Shown: in pieces, positions 9,473 to 20,097 of the stretch
How the letters are laid out: each line of letters begins with the position of its first letter
Position numbering within the stretch: position 1 is the first letter of the stretch
Source of the DNA: a virus
Virus record (IMG/VR): IMGVR_UViG_3300007734_000760
Coordinates: 95,935-159,934 of that record
Length of the DNA: 64,000 nucleotides
Direction: 5' to 3' (one strand)
Translations under genes and position numbers: made by a program
The notes under the pieces: generated by a model
Seen by the model: the letters and a program-made list of their open reading frames with translations, nothing else
What the model was told of the DNA's origin: nothing
The model's database searches: none

Positions 9473-9504
9473 GATTTTGATTTATTATAAATATGTGATT
9501 TTTA

Positions 9505-10842
9505 TTATTTCTTATATATTTTTAATTTTAATGTACCTGTACCTTTAATAACACGATGCCATTTATGTTTAGGTATTGATATTTGTTCATTTAATGATTT
9601 AGGCAATTGATTATCTAATTGTATTTTCCAATCTGTTTTATCTACAGCTTCAATAATGCGTTTTTCATTATCACGATGCCACATTAATTCAATTGGATCT
9701 ATATTTTTATTAAATTCACGAATAATATATTTATCTGTTACTTTAATATCTTTATATGGTTTTTTATTTTCTTCTAAACCTAAATCAGATAAACTTATAT
9801 CTTCATCATCTTCTTTATCAGGTGTTGGTTCCATATAGTTTAAAACCCAACTTTTTTGTGATGATGTTAATTTATTATTTATTAAGTCTTCAATAAATTC
9901 AATAAATTCCCTAGCATTACTTTCTCTATATAAATTAGCTAAAAATAACTCAAATGCTACTTTATTACGAATATTTGCATCATTATACAGTTTTAATAAT
10001 ACTTCTTGAATATGAGTACCAAAACCAAAATCTTCAGGTTCATGTTCTAATTTATCAGCAGTATTAGCTATTGCTTGATTAATTTTTTTACTTTTAGTAA
10101 ATCCTTGTAATGATGTAATTTCATATAAACCTTTAATAATTTCATGAATTAAAAATGGAAATATTATACCTGTTGCTCTAATCTTTAATTTACCTTCTTC
10201 TTCATCAAATTTAGCTTCTGACTCTCCACCTTTGCTTTCTCCCCCACCAGCATTACCACCTGCTAGCATAGCTAAAAACATAGCTAATGCTTCTTCATCA
10301 TAAAATATACCAAATACTTTTTTTAAAGTTTCACCATATTTGTCTACACTATTTTCAATTCCACCTAATGTTTCACTATAACTATCTAATAAATTTTCAG
10401 GAACTTCATCTAAAAAATCCATAAATGGTTTATCTAAAGCACCACGAATTGAAGCGCCTTGAGTAATAGCATTTATAAGTCTTCTTTTAGCTACATCATC
10501 ATTCATTATATCTATAGGTTCTTCTTCTTCTTCTTCAGATTCTTCAGGTTCTTCAGGTTCAGAAGATAACTGGTCTTCTCCTAATGTAGCTTCTATTTCA
10601 ATATCAAATTCATCAATAACAGGATACATTCTTTTAACCATATCTACAGCTAATTTTTCTAATTCAGCTTTATATGGTGCTTCATCTTTAGCTAACTGCT
10701 TAACTAACACAGCAGAACGTTGAAGGATTTGTGTTAAACGTTCATTACCAAGCATACGTTCTCTTGATGAAACGTTTTTACCTTTTAAATTTTGAATAGT
10801 TTCAGGATTTTTAAATATATCCTTATATTGTATTTCGTTCAT
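9505..10842 (-). CDS. Hypothetical protein with fused C-terminal cupin-like module
   Basis: C-terminal ELMWHRD...IPKHKWHRVIKG after an acidic linker ending LGLEE. Confidence 0.65.
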   Translation of the reverse strand: MNEIQYKDIFKNPETIQNLKGKNVSSRERMLGNERLTQILQRSAVLVKQLAKDEAPYKAELEKLAVDMVKRMYPVIDEFDIEIEATLGEDQLSSEPEEPEESEEEEEEPIDIMNDDVAKRRLINAITQGASIRGALDKPFMDFLDEVPENLLDSYSETLGGIENSVDKYGETLKKVFGIFYDEEALAMFLAMLAGGNAGGGESKGGESEAKFDEEEGKLKIRATGIIFPFLIHEIIKGLYEITSLQGFTKSKKINQAIANTADKLEHEPEDFGFGTHIQEVLLKLYNDANIRNKVAFELFLANLYRESNAREFIEFIEDLINNKLTSSQKSWVLNYMEPTPDKEDDEDISLSDLGLEENKKPYKDIKVTDKYIIREFNKNIDPIELMWHRDNEKRIIEAVDKTDWKIQLDNQLPKSLNEQISIPKHKWHRVIKGTGTLKLKIYKK

Positions 10843-11201
10843 TATTTCTTTTTTAATAATTTATATCTTTTTACAATGTCTGCTATTCCTTTAGATACAG
10901 CTTCATTTGCTTTTGCTTTGGGTCTTGTTTTTGGGTTAGTATTTGGATTAGGATGAAGAGGATTTTTTTTCTTTTCTTCTTCTTTTGTTTTAGGTTTAGT
11001 AGGAGCTGGTGCTACTTCAGTAGATTTTGCCTTAGGTCTTGTGTTTGGATTAGTGTTTGGGTTAGGGTGAAGAGGATTTTTTTTCTTTTCTTCTTCTTTT
11101 GTTTTAGGCTTAGTAGGAGCTGGAGCTACTTCAGGAGACTTTTCAGCTAATATAGCGCGTAACTCTTCTTTAATAATCTGTTTTAATTTGTTAATTTTCA
11201 T
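10842..11201 (-). CDS. Pro/Lys-rich leader-tagged protein with an internal tandem duplication
   Basis: Likely start MKINKLKQIIKEELRAILAE; EVAPAPTKPKTKEEEKKKNPLHPNPNTNP present twice. Confidence 0.7.
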   Translation of the reverse strand: MKINKLKQIIKEELRAILAEKSPEVAPAPTKPKTKEEEKKKNPLHPNPNTNPNTRPKAKSTEVAPAPTKPKTKEEEKKKNPLHPNPNTNPKTRPKAKANEAVSKGIADIVKRYKLLKKK

Positions 11202-11250
11202 AATTTGCTGTTTTATTTTTATTTTAGTATGTTTATTATTTAATTGGTCC

Positions 11251-11337
11251 TCACTTACGATCGGCAATTCGTTTACAGCGATCTGCTTTTTTCTTTTCTT
11301 CAAGAAGAATTTGTTTAAATATATAAGCAAGATTCAT
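11251..11337 (-). pseudogene. Truncated leader-tagged ORF remnant (28 aa)
   Basis: TAATG-coupled start; MNLAYIFKQILLEEKKKADRCKRIADRK* followed by in-frame GPIK*. Confidence 0.4.
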
Positions 11338-11705
11338 TATATTCCTATGTTATTTAATGTAGGTTCAGCTTTAAATGTAACTACTCCTTTAATACGATTA
11401 ATATTATCAATGATCATTTTAATAGTTTCAATAGTAAAATGACCATTTTTTAAATATGGATATGGATCTACTTTAATAGTAACTCTATTATAACTATATC
11501 CTTGTTTAGGTAAATTAGGAATATATTCTTCTGTGTCCATAGTTGTAACACCAGTTATTGAACGAATATCAGAAAACACTTGTGTTTGTGTTTTTTTAGC
11601 AAAGTCAGTAACTAATAAGCCTTCTATTTTATAAAGTTTTTCAGCTGAGTCTTCACGCAGTATTTTACGTAATTCTTCTCTAATTATTTTTTTTAATTTT
11701 TCCAT
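11337..11705 (-). CDS. Leader-tagged hypothetical protein
   Basis: MEKLKKIIREELRKILRE. Confidence 0.75.
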   Translation of the reverse strand: MEKLKKIIREELRKILREDSAEKLYKIEGLLVTDFAKKTQTQVFSDIRSITGVTTMDTEEYIPNLPKQGYSYNRVTIKVDPYPYLKNGHFTIETIKMIIDNINRIKGVVTFKAEPTLNNIGI

Positions 11706-14368
11706 TATTTTTTTAATTTAAACCATTCTTTTAATGATTCTTTAACAAATTCTGAAAGTGTATCATTTGGTTTATTTGATGATTGTATATCTTTAATATC
11801 ATATACTCTATTATACTTATCTCCACTATTAGCAAAATCAATTGAAGCAAGCTTATTGTCTTTTTTTAATTGGGGTAAATTATATTTATCTTTTATAACT
11901 TTACCTTGTTCATCCATTAACACCCAAACATCATAGTTGTCATTTGATTGAGGTAAAAATACATATTTTTGACTTCCATCTTTAATAACAAAAGGTAAAG
12001 CATATAATAAATTTTCATATTTTAAATTTTGATTATATCTTTCAACTAATTCAATAATTGAACGTCTTTCTAATGTTGATAAATCGCTCCAATATTTTTG
12101 ATCTATAGCTCTAGGATAAACACCTTGTGTTGGCATAATAGATTTTAATTCTAATTCTTCATCACTCATATTAGTTGATGAAGTAAGCTGCCATGGACCA
12201 TATAATTTTGAATATATATCAAATAATTGTTTTAATTTAGGATTATCAATGTATTTTTCAGGTCCTTTTTCTGGCAAATAGTCTAAATTTTGTATTTGAT
12301 CATTTACATACTTTTTAGTTGTTTCTTTTCCAAAATATTTTTCAATGTATTCAAAGGTTAAAAACTCTTGATATTTTGATAAAATTATTTGTTTTGCGTT
12401 TTCATCTAAATATTTAATATAAGGTAAAGGAAGTAATTTATCAGTATTATTCTCAGCATTATTTTCAGCATTACCACCCTGTCTAAAATTAACTATAGCA
12501 TATCGTTTTGCTAAAGATTCATATTGTTTTAAAATAAAGTAAGGAAAAGTTTGACCATTATTTATAGCTTCATTAGCTAAAGTTGTTGGTTTACCATATT
12601 CATCTACTGTTTTATATTTAGGTAAAATTTCTAATATATCATTAGTTAAACCTTGTTTTTGAGATTTACCTTTAACATAATCTACTTTTTCATCATTAGT
12701 TAATTCTTTAAATTCAGTTAAACTTAAATTTTTACCTGATGCTAATTTTCTAAGGCGTTCAGATTTTGATAATTCTATTGGTTTAAAATAATCTTTTAAA
12801 TTTTTAATTTTTCCCCATATATCTGCTGGTATTTTATTAGATATGTCTTCCCAACTTTTAGCTGTAACATCTGAAGGGTTATCAGCATTGGTTATTTGAT
12901 ATGTTTTACCATCTGATTCTATTCTTATTACAAAAGCATGCCATACATCTTTAAAGGGTTTATGGTCTGGGGTAGAGGGTCTATTTCTATCAAATATAAA
13001 ATAAAATGTAGGCGCAACTTCTCTAAATCTATAACTATCATACATGTTACCTCCTCCAGCTTGAGTTACACACCATGCATATTTTTGCCGACTAGTAGAA
13101 GCTACTTTAGGATTATATGAAATACATTTATGCATATCATCTCCTTTATATATTTCTATTCCGTCTTTATCATATATTTTATCAGCATCTGTAGACACAT
13201 TATTTATCTCTCCAGAAATTTCTTTTTTAGAAGGAAATAAAGCGTCTAACATTTGTTCTAAAGGATGAAATTCCCAATTGCGTGGATCTAAATATAAATT
13301 ATTTCTTAATAAATTTTTAGGAATAAGTTTTTCTACATCTTCTTTAGTATATAATTCATCATCAGTACCATCTATAAGAGCACCTTTTAAATTATTTCTA
13401 TTAGATATAAAACGAGCAACATATGATTGAGCTAGATCTTTACCTATTTGTTCTTTTTCAACAAATTTTTTAACTGCTTCTTTTTTTATGTTTTCTGTAT
13501 TTTCAGGTAATGATTTAATTAACTTAATCATATCATCAAATGAGTATTTATATATATTAAGATAATTTTGTCCTTGTCTTAAAGTATCAGATAAAACTAC
13601 TATGTTTAATTTTTGAGTTAATGAAGCTTTAGCTTTTTCAAAATCAGCAATTTGTTTTTTAAGATATTCATCATGTTTTTTCTGAGTTGCCTCTGTTGGA
13701 AATTCTGTTGCCCATTCTGGATGTTCATTTTTCCAACGTGTTATAGTATCATTAATTACTTTTTCAGCGTATTCTTTAATTAATATTTTAGATTCATCGA
13801 TATCTTCATCATCGTTATCTTCATCATCGTTAATATTTTCAGATTTTTTAACTGCTTCAATAGCATACTTAACACAATAATTAATTATTTGATCAAATTT
13901 TACACTCTTATCTCCCCAATATAAAGGCATTGGAATTCTTTTATAGTGTGCTACCGCTGCCCAAAATGCTTGTTTAGCAGCATTACCTGCCGCCGCCTCA
14001 GCAGATGAAAAGCCCCATCCTAGATGATCAGGATCATAATCATCATCATCATAATCACTACGTCCATAATCTTTATATCTTAAAAGATTAGTGATAGTGG
14101 CAGAATCTGTTGGATTAGCTAAATATGCTTTAGCAGTTTCTATTGCGTTATGAGGAGTTTCACTATGTGTTCCTGGGTGGTATTTTTCAAAAATATGTAA
14201 AACCCTCTCAGCGCATTGAATTGCTAAAGACAGTTTTTCTTTATCATCTTTAGATGCTTCTATTCTAGATTTAAGAGATTGAAGTATAGGAAGTTGTGAA
14301 GGTTTAAATACTTTAATTTCATTAAGTATCTCTTTTTTAATTATATTTATTAATTCTGATTTTTTCAT
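11705..14368 (-). CDS. Large modular protein: leader, Imm5-like domain, unknown domains
   Basis: ILNE|IKVFKP then SLAIQCAERVLHIFEKYHP...PHNAIETAKAYL; acidic linker ending IDE and LIKE. Confidence 0.8.
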   Translation of the reverse strand: MKKSELINIIKKEILNEIKVFKPSQLPILQSLKSRIEASKDDKEKLSLAIQCAERVLHIFEKYHPGTHSETPHNAIETAKAYLANPTDSATITNLLRYKDYGRSDYDDDDYDPDHLGWGFSSAEAAAGNAAKQAFWAAVAHYKRIPMPLYWGDKSVKFDQIINYCVKYAIEAVKKSENINDDEDNDDEDIDESKILIKEYAEKVINDTITRWKNEHPEWATEFPTEATQKKHDEYLKKQIADFEKAKASLTQKLNIVVLSDTLRQGQNYLNIYKYSFDDMIKLIKSLPENTENIKKEAVKKFVEKEQIGKDLAQSYVARFISNRNNLKGALIDGTDDELYTKEDVEKLIPKNLLRNNLYLDPRNWEFHPLEQMLDALFPSKKEISGEINNVSTDADKIYDKDGIEIYKGDDMHKCISYNPKVASTSRQKYAWCVTQAGGGNMYDSYRFREVAPTFYFIFDRNRPSTPDHKPFKDVWHAFVIRIESDGKTYQITNADNPSDVTAKSWEDISNKIPADIWGKIKNLKDYFKPIELSKSERLRKLASGKNLSLTEFKELTNDEKVDYVKGKSQKQGLTNDILEILPKYKTVDEYGKPTTLANEAINNGQTFPYFILKQYESLAKRYAIVNFRQGGNAENNAENNTDKLLPLPYIKYLDENAKQIILSKYQEFLTFEYIEKYFGKETTKKYVNDQIQNLDYLPEKGPEKYIDNPKLKQLFDIYSKLYGPWQLTSSTNMSDEELELKSIMPTQGVYPRAIDQKYWSDLSTLERRSIIELVERYNQNLKYENLLYALPFVIKDGSQKYVFLPQSNDNYDVWVLMDEQGKVIKDKYNLPQLKKDNKLASIDFANSGDKYNRVYDIKDIQSSNKPNDTLSEFVKESLKEWFKLKK
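14261..14321. repeat. 61-nt exact repeat, copy 1 (encodes EIKVFKPSQLPILQSLKSRI)
   Basis: Identical to 15572-15632. Confidence 0.9.
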
Positions 14369-14371
14369 GTT

Positions 14372-16288
14372 TTACCAATATCCACTAAAATTTGATTTAA
14401 TACCTAACAATTTAGCATATCTTGGTAAATTACAACTCCAATATGATGCTTTTGTTCTGTCTTTTTTATTTTTACAATCATGGCGGGATGCAAATGCTTT
14501 ACGAGCTTTTGGATTGTTTAATTTAGCATGTAAACCGCCTCCAGCCATACCAAAACTAACTTTTTTAATTTTTTTAGTTTTAGGATTACGTACATATACA
14601 TAAAATTTCTTAGATCCGCCACGTTTAGGTTTATTTAAAGGTGGAGCTTTTTTATCTTTAGATTCATTAAGATTGTAAAATTCTTGAAAATAATTACTAA
14701 ACATGTCATACACCAGTTCTTTAATACTAGTATCAGCACTTACTTCTATGTAATCATATATATCTATGTCACGACCATCTTTTTTAAAGTCACAATCATC
14801 TACATATGTCCATCCATTTTGTTTTAAATGAGTAGCTATAAATGGAAGAATAAATCTATATATTATAATATAACAACTATCTTCTACTCCTCCAGTTTGT
14901 ATGTCAAATAATTCTTCTTTAGAATTAGGATAAGCGTGGTATAAGTAGTCAGGATAATCTTGATTATTTTCTATGTCTAGTTCCATATATACATCAGTAT
15001 ACCGCTCCCATATATTATTTATAATTTCTGAAGTGTGATTTTGTATCATCATGGGTATATCAGAATCTTTAAATATATCTTTATCATTTTTAAAAATATC
15101 ATAAATTTCTTTAGCAAAAGGTAAAGTTAAAAAAGATTTAAAAGATGTAGATGAGTTAGGTTTGAATACTTTAATTTCTTTAAGATTTTTGAATTTTTCA
15201 ATTGCTTTAATAGCATAATCAACTGCCAAATCATAAGAGTTATATTCATTTGAATATAGCTCCAAGGAGCTAATAGATACTTCAATAGCTTTAAGAGCTA
15301 AAAAAGCCGCTTCATATCTTTCAAAATCTTCATCAAAACCTTCTGGGTCCATGTCATATTCAAGAGACTGAACTATAGTTTCAATATCAAAACTAGCATG
15401 GTCTGCTGTTTGTTTCTTTTCTTCTGTTGGATTTGCTAGATATGTTTTAGTAGCCTCTATTGCTTTACGAGGACTTTTATTATCAGGATATTTTTCTTCC
15501 CAAATATATAAAACCCTCTCAGCGCATTGGATAGCTAGAGATTGTTTTTCTTTAGCATCTTTAGTTGCTTTTATTCTAGATTTAAGAGATTGAAGTATAG
15601 GAAGTTGTGAAGGTTTAAATACTTTAATTTCACTAAGTCCTGCTTTTGCAGCGGTTAATAATATATTAACTTCTTGATTTGTTAAGTATTTTTTTAATAC
15701 TATTAATACTTCATAATAGTTTACTTTATTTTTTGGATCTTGTGTAAACAGTTCTTGTAGTTCATTATATAAATTAAGATAAGTTTTATTCTCATTAGTA
15801 TCAAAATATTTATTCATTACTATCCCAAGTAAATTACTTAATGGTTGAAATCTAATATCTTTAGCATACTCTACATCGTCTTTAGTACCTCTTTCATCTG
15901 TTATTTCTTCATCTTTTTCTTCCATTATCATATCTAATGGCACTTTTTTACCATCATACATTCCATATTCACCTAAATTTGTTTCTAAAATAATATGTTT
16001 ATCATCATTATTTACATGAATAGCATTACGAGAATATAAATAACGTGCTTCAGCCCATAAATCTAAAAACGATTCTGAACCATAACGAAATGTATTTTCT
16101 GTAATTGATAACTTATTTTTAACATGATGCTGCATGTTTTCAGTCATAGTTATTTTAGCTCTTAGACTTTCATTTAATACTGGACCTTTGTTACCTACAT
16201 TTTCACATGAATGACAACCACAATTACATGATTCTTTTTTAGGTGGGGTAGAGAGTAATTCTCTTATAAGTTTATTAATGCGCTCCAT
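14372..16288 (-). CDS. Modular protein: Cys-rich N-module, Imm5-like domain, acidic module, basic C-terminal domain
   Basis: Two EIKVFKP junctions; C-terminal KKFYVYV...KKVSFG...ASRHDC...SYWSC after NLNE. Confidence 0.8.
   Translation of the reverse strand: MERINKLIRELLSTPPKKESCNCGCHSCENVGNKGPVLNESLRAKITMTENMQHHVKNKLSITENTFRYGSESFLDLWAEARYLYSRNAIHVNNDDKHIILETNLGEYGMYDGKKVPLDMIMEEKDEEITDERGTKDDVEYAKDIRFQPLSNLLGIVMNKYFDTNENKTYLNLYNELQELFTQDPKNKVNYYEVLIVLKKYLTNQEVNILLTAAKAGLSEIKVFKPSQLPILQSLKSRIKATKDAKEKQSLAIQCAERVLYIWEEKYPDNKSPRKAIEATKTYLANPTEEKKQTADHASFDIETIVQSLEYDMDPEGFDEDFERYEAAFLALKAIEVSISSLELYSNEYNSYDLAVDYAIKAIEKFKNLKEIKVFKPNSSTSFKSFLTLPFAKEIYDIFKNDKDIFKDSDIPMMIQNHTSEIINNIWERYTDVYMELDIENNQDYPDYLYHAYPNSKEELFDIQTGGVEDSCYIIIYRFILPFIATHLKQNGWTYVDDCDFKKDGRDIDIYDYIEVSADTSIKELVYDMFSNYFQEFYNLNESKDKKAPPLNKPKRGGSKKFYVYVRNPKTKKIKKVSFGMAGGGLHAKLNNPKARKAFASRHDCKNKKDRTKASYWSCNLPRYAKLLGIKSNFSGYW
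15572..15632. repeat. 61-nt exact repeat, copy 2
   Basis: Identical to 14261-14321. Confidence 0.9.
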
Positions 16289-16306
16289 AATAATAAATAT
16301 TATTAA

Positions 16307-17149
16307 TTATAGTTTAAGTTGAGGATATGAACTAGAAGGCGTAATAGCTGTAAAATTTATGTTGCCTTTTATTGCTTTTGCTTTTAATTCATCTCCATTA
16401 TATATGTTATAGTTATTAGTATTTGAAGATATTAATAAGTAATAATCGCTTTGTTTTATATTAATGTAACTTGACACATATTTTAATATTAATATGTTTT
16501 TAAGATTATTTAGATTGTCAGGTGTAACATTTATGTTTGAATTAGGATATATGTTATTTAGTTTAAAATTTATATCTTTTAAAAATAATTCTTTGTCTAG
16601 TGTTGAGTTATATATTTTTTTAATATATTCTGGCAGATGTGATACACGAGGTACTTCATATGTTTTATCTAAATAAGAAAATAGTTTTTGAATATTGCCT
16701 CCTCGACCTATACCCTTACCTGGAAATCTAGCATATGATCCTTTAATTTCTATAATATTTCCATTAATGTTTATATCACCTTTATATTTTTTTGACTTTG
16801 CAGCATTTTTAAAGAATAATATTAATGCCATTTCAGATTTACCAATACCGTTGCCGCTTTCACTAGGCACTATACCTATTATATTATTAATAAATTCTTC
16901 ATCAAATCCAGTTTGTTTAATAAGTTCTACTAAATTAGTATTAACTTTTAAATCATCAAGTGTTAACTTAGGATCATCTAAATATTTAGATAATTTAACA
17001 TCTTGATCAGAATGCATAGCTATAATTACTATTAATTTACTTAAACTTTCACTTAAGTTTTTTAGTTTAAGTTTTTCTTTTAATTCTAAATTTAAAGATT
17101 TTTTTTCTTTTTTAGAAAATGTTTTTAAAAACCTATTTATTATGTCCAT
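16307..17149 (-). CDS. Hypothetical protein, possible PD-(D/E)XK nuclease fold
   Basis: GKSE...KGDININGNIIEIKG motif. Confidence 0.5.
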   Translation of the reverse strand: MDIINRFLKTFSKKEKKSLNLELKEKLKLKNLSESLSKLIVIIAMHSDQDVKLSKYLDDPKLTLDDLKVNTNLVELIKQTGFDEEFINNIIGIVPSESGNGIGKSEMALILFFKNAAKSKKYKGDININGNIIEIKGSYARFPGKGIGRGGNIQKLFSYLDKTYEVPRVSHLPEYIKKIYNSTLDKELFLKDINFKLNNIYPNSNINVTPDNLNNLKNILILKYVSSYINIKQSDYYLLISSNTNNYNIYNGDELKAKAIKGNINFTAITPSSSYPQLKL

Positions 17150-17673
17150 TAAGCTGGTGTTTCTTTAGTTGGAGGTGTTTCTGGAGCGGATGATTCAGGT
17201 GCTGGTGCTTCTGCTTCAGGTGCAGGCGCAACTTCTGAAGTAGAATCTGTTGGTACTTCTTCTTTAACTACTTCTTTAGCACCATAAGATAAAATTCTAG
17301 CTATAGCTTCAATACAGTTTTGTTCTTCACTTAAATTTAATAAATAATATCTTTTACCTTCTACTTTACTAATCCATGTTCTATCAGTATAAATTAAGTA
17401 AAATACTTGATCATTACCTAATATAATACGAAATGTTGTAGGACGTGGTGCTACCCACTCAATATCTTTTAAAAATAAATCAAATTGGGTTGTTAGTAAT
17501 TTAACTAAAGCATCATATAATGTAGGGAATTTATTTAACACTGGGAATCGAGTATTGTCTAAAGATACAGCAGATGGATTATCTAAATCTATTTCATCTG
17601 ATTTAGTATTAATTTTAGAATATACTTGTTTAACTAGTGTTTTAATTCTATTTTTAAATTCACTTTTAGTCAT
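17149..17673 (-). CDS. Hypothetical phage protein with Pro/Glu-rich tail
   Basis: ORF track; translationally coupled to neighbours. Confidence 0.75.
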   Translation of the reverse strand: MTKSEFKNRIKTLVKQVYSKINTKSDEIDLDNPSAVSLDNTRFPVLNKFPTLYDALVKLLTTQFDLFLKDIEWVAPRPTTFRIILGNDQVFYLIYTDRTWISKVEGKRYYLLNLSEEQNCIEAIARILSYGAKEVVKEEVPTDSTSEVAPAPEAEAPAPESSAPETPPTKETPA

Positions 17674-18179
17674 TATGATTTTAATTTATTTATTACTTTT
17701 TTAACTAATTCATTAATTTGATTTTCACTTTCTGGAGGTATTATAGAATTATAATCTGTCATATCTAATGTTTTACCGTTTTGAGCTAATTTAATCATAT
17801 TTTCAGTAGCTGAGTGTAAATCCATATCTGTTTTAGCATCTTCTCTTGCAAACTCCATAACACGAATTAGTAATGGAATATCCATTGTAACAATATCTAT
17901 AGGATTTTCTCCTACTGTTTTACGAGTTTTAACATAATTAGCTGAATCTATTTTAGGAGCAAATAATGTTTTTTTAATTACTTCTTTGATTCGCTGTTGT
18001 TCATTTTTCATAGATTTACTTTTAGCTAATTTAATTGCTCTACCCCAAGCTACTTTTTCAGCATCGGGACCGTATTTATCTACAAAATCATCAACTTTTT
18101 GAAGATATCCACCAAAAATATCTTTAGCTATTGCTAATTCTCTAGTGGATAAGTCTTCAAAAAGGATTGATTTTTTCAT
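17673..18179 (-). CDS. Hypothetical phage protein
   Basis: ORF track; DIPLLIRVMEFARED segment. Confidence 0.75.
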   Translation of the reverse strand: MKKSILFEDLSTRELAIAKDIFGGYLQKVDDFVDKYGPDAEKVAWGRAIKLAKSKSMKNEQQRIKEVIKKTLFAPKIDSANYVKTRKTVGENPIDIVTMDIPLLIRVMEFAREDAKTDMDLHSATENMIKLAQNGKTLDMTDYNSIIPPESENQINELVKKVINKLKS

Positions 18180-18180
18180 A

Positions 18181-18354
18181 TTACTTTACTTTCGCTTCAG
18201 CTACTGAGGCTTTGTTGTAAGCAGCGATTATTTTTTTCATTTCGCTTAATGCTTTACGAGCTCTACCTTTAGCAGCTTTAGGTGTGTCTTCATGATTTAC
18301 TTTAGCAGTTTCAAATAACTCACTAATTTTTGTAAATAGTTCTTGTGTGTTCAT
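18181..18354 (-). CDS. Histone H1-like (Hc1-like) small basic protein, 57 aa
   Basis: MNTQELFTKISELFETAKVNHEDTPKAAKGRARKALSEMKKIIAAYNKASVAEAKVK*; not in ORF track. Confidence 0.7.
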   Translation of the reverse strand: MNTQELFTKISELFETAKVNHEDTPKAAKGRARKALSEMKKIIAAYNKASVAEAKVK

Positions 18355-18385
18355 AGATTTGATTTATTTATTGGTTTATATTGTT

Positions 18386-18865
18386 TTAAACATTAGATTG
18401 TTGTCCACCACCTAACATAATTTTATTTAAAAATTGAATCGTGTTACGAATTTGAGTTATTAATTTTTCATCATTAGATTTTAATGCTGAGTCATATGCT
18501 GACATTAAGTGACTATGAATATCTTTTTGTTCTGGGGTAATACTTTGGGGTGAAGCCATTGTGTCACTTGTAGTAGGATTTTGAGGTATATCTAATGATG
18601 TATCTGCTGGTGGAGAAGTTTCGTCTGGTTTAGTTGGTACTTCAGGTATTTCCGCTTCTGGATCTTGAGGCATCACGTCTTTAGCTTTTTTCTTTTTAGC
18701 TTCATCTAAATCAAGTTCATCGATTTGAGGTGAATTATATTCATTTAAAATTATTTCTCTAATTTTTTCTTTCATTTGAGATTTAGTCATTTTATCTCCT
18801 ATTGACTCTTTGATAAGTACTTTACCAAACGCCAACTTTTGCATATTTTCAAATTGATTATTCAT
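18386..18865 (-). CDS. Leader-tagged hypothetical protein
   Basis: MQKLAF..LIKE, IREIILNE and LDE motifs. Confidence 0.75.
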   Translation of the reverse strand: MNNQFENMQKLAFGKVLIKESIGDKMTKSQMKEKIREIILNEYNSPQIDELDLDEAKKKKAKDVMPQDPEAEIPEVPTKPDETSPPADTSLDIPQNPTTSDTMASPQSITPEQKDIHSHLMSAYDSALKSNDEKLITQIRNTIQFLNKIMLGGGQQSNV

Positions 18866-18892
18866 TGTAGTTTTATTATAAATATTGTGTTT

Positions 18893-19531
18893 TTATTTTC
18901 TATCATGTAAATAATCAGTTAATATTGTACCTATCGCGCCAGTTTTTTGTCTTAATAAAATCCATTCATCTAATGATAATATATGTTCCTTTTTATAATA
19001 AGACAAGGTTAAAGATGCAATAAAGTCATTATTTAAATCTTGTATAGATAACATATAAAAAGATTTAGTTTTATATTCTTTATTATGAACAGGAAATAAT
19101 CCACAATCTACAGTATTATTTTTACAATTAGATATAGCAATTTCACCAGTATTATATAATGTTGAAAATACTTTAGGAAATAATGATACAGGAATATTTT
19201 GAAACATATCTTTTACTGATGGAGCATCACTTGTTGTTTGTTCATAAAATATACTAAACTTTTTAATAGATTTACCTGTTGGATAAAAATTACCACCATT
19301 ATGAAATTGAGAAATACATATTCTATCACATTCTAATTCTTTCATAAGTAATTCAAGTTGCATATCTACTTTTTCATCAATTTTAATTGATTCTCCTAAC
19401 GCACAGGTATGTTTTTTATTTATAACTTTAACTTTAATAAATTCTACTATTATAGGAGATATTAAAGCTGTTATTAAAGCTGTCACTACAGTTATTAATG
19501 AAGCATTTATTGAAATTATAGAGTAAATCAT
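18893..19531 (-). CDS. Single-TM protein with GAF-like domain, possible T4 gpt-like holin
   Basis: N-terminal hydrophobic helix; DRICISQFHNGG motif. Confidence 0.45.
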   Translation of the reverse strand: MIYSIISINASLITVVTALITALISPIIVEFIKVKVINKKHTCALGESIKIDEKVDMQLELLMKELECDRICISQFHNGGNFYPTGKSIKKFSIFYEQTTSDAPSVKDMFQNIPVSLFPKVFSTLYNTGEIAISNCKNNTVDCGLFPVHNKEYKTKSFYMLSIQDLNNDFIASLTLSYYKKEHILSLDEWILLRQKTGAIGTILTDYLHDRK

Positions 19532-20097
19532 TTTTTTAAATTTTGTAAGTATTTGATTGTTTCTTCTTTATTTTCTAATAACTTATTTTTAGTTAAACCA
19601 ACCCAACGTTCTATATCACCAGCTTCAGTAATAAATGAATCATTAGAACTATTTATAACTTCATCCATCCATATACTATAGTCTTTAATAGTATTATCTA
19701 TATCTGAATTTATAATATTTTTTTCATATTCTTCCCACAACCCCAGTTTACGTAAATCTGTTTCAAAATCAATTTGACAATTAAAACATCTATTATATTG
19801 AATGTAAAATTGCTTGTCAAATTTATTTTTCATTAAATTAGAACAACAAGGACAAAATAATGGTAATACTATTGAACGTTTTGCTTTATCTAATTTAGTT
19901 AAATTTTGTTTAATACCATTTTTAATAGTCCATGTACGATCATCTTCTTCCCATACATCTCCTTCTTCATGAAATTGTTTTTGTTTATCATAACCTATAC
20001 TAGTGATAGTTTTATCACCATGTTTACCTTGAACTAAATTGCGAAGGCGTTGTATATCGTGTTGTTTAAAATCTTTTTTTAAAACTGATTCTTTCAT
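19528..20097 (-). CDS. Hypothetical zinc-binding protein
   Basis: CPCC and CFNC motifs. Confidence 0.7.
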   Translation of the reverse strand: MKESVLKKDFKQHDIQRLRNLVQGKHGDKTITSIGYDKQKQFHEEGDVWEEDDRTWTIKNGIKQNLTKLDKAKRSIVLPLFCPCCSNLMKNKFDKQFYIQYNRCFNCQIDFETDLRKLGLWEEYEKNIINSDIDNTIKDYSIWMDEVINSSNDSFITEAGDIERWVGLTKNKLLENKEETIKYLQNLKK

